Shown: one piece after another, positions 63,961 through 64,000 of the stretch | How the letters are laid out: every line of letters begins with the position of its first letter | Position numbering within the stretch: position 1 is the stretch's first letter | The notes under the pieces: model-generated | What the model was told of the DNA's origin: nothing | The model's input: only the letters and a program-made list of their open reading frames with translations | The model's database searches: none | NCBI GenBank assembly: GCA_028534125.1 | Contig: JAPYYK010000263.1 | Location: forward strand, 682,001 to 746,000 | Source of the DNA: Lama glama | Lineage: Eukaryota | Length of the DNA stretch: 64,000 nucleotides | Direction: 5' to 3' | Made by a program: the position numbers and the translations under genes

Positions 63961-64000
63961 TCACGTTTGATGGATAATGTGTTGGGATGATGCAGGTCCT

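Larger units (their letters stand above)
16616..64000 (-). other. JAZF1: JAZF1 intron 1 (3' part; exon 1 lies beyond the right edge)
   Basis: Upstream of the exon 2 acceptor on the minus strand. No CpG island or exon 1 peptide (MTGIAAASFF...) seen. JAZF1 intron 1 is known to be very large in mammals. Confidence 0.88.

Noticed and set aside
1-64000. A novel multi-gene system, operon, CRISPR array or viral insert
   Set aside because: The sequence is accounted for by JAZF1 introns, one exon and common mammalian repeats. There are no long ORFs, spacer arrays or recognisable retroviral coding domains.
16616-64000. Orthologue of the human type 2 diabetes-associated JAZF1 intron 1 enhancer
   Set aside because: It cannot be identified from sequence alone, and as I recall it lies much nearer exon 1, outside this window.

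Overview
Mammalian nuclear DNA, most likely a camelid: it carries a tRNA-Ala-derived Vic-1-type SINE and artiodactyl-type L1 3' ends. It comes from a draft assembly with four N gaps. The whole window lies inside JAZF1, transcribed on the minus strand. The only coding sequence I can support is the 73-bp exon 2 at 16543-16615 (DTDPRVLEKQELQQPTYVALSYINR), with canonical AG/GT splice sites. Positions 16616-64000 are part of intron 1 and 1-16542 part of intron 2. The rest is ordinary intronic sequence: old L2, MIR, L1M, hAT and LTR fragments, several younger 5'-truncated L1 insertions with target-site duplications (TSDs), microsatellites, one G-rich 30-bp minisatellite, and TE-poor stretches with candidate enhancer motif clusters. 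None of the listed six-frame ORFs looks like a real gene. I see no evidence of a novel multi-gene system. The most interesting observations are a strong AG|GT acceptor 63 nt upstream of exon 2, interleaved inverted repeats, a probable twin-primed L1, and candidate enhancers. Repeat family names come from memory of consensus sequences and repeat boundaries are approximate.
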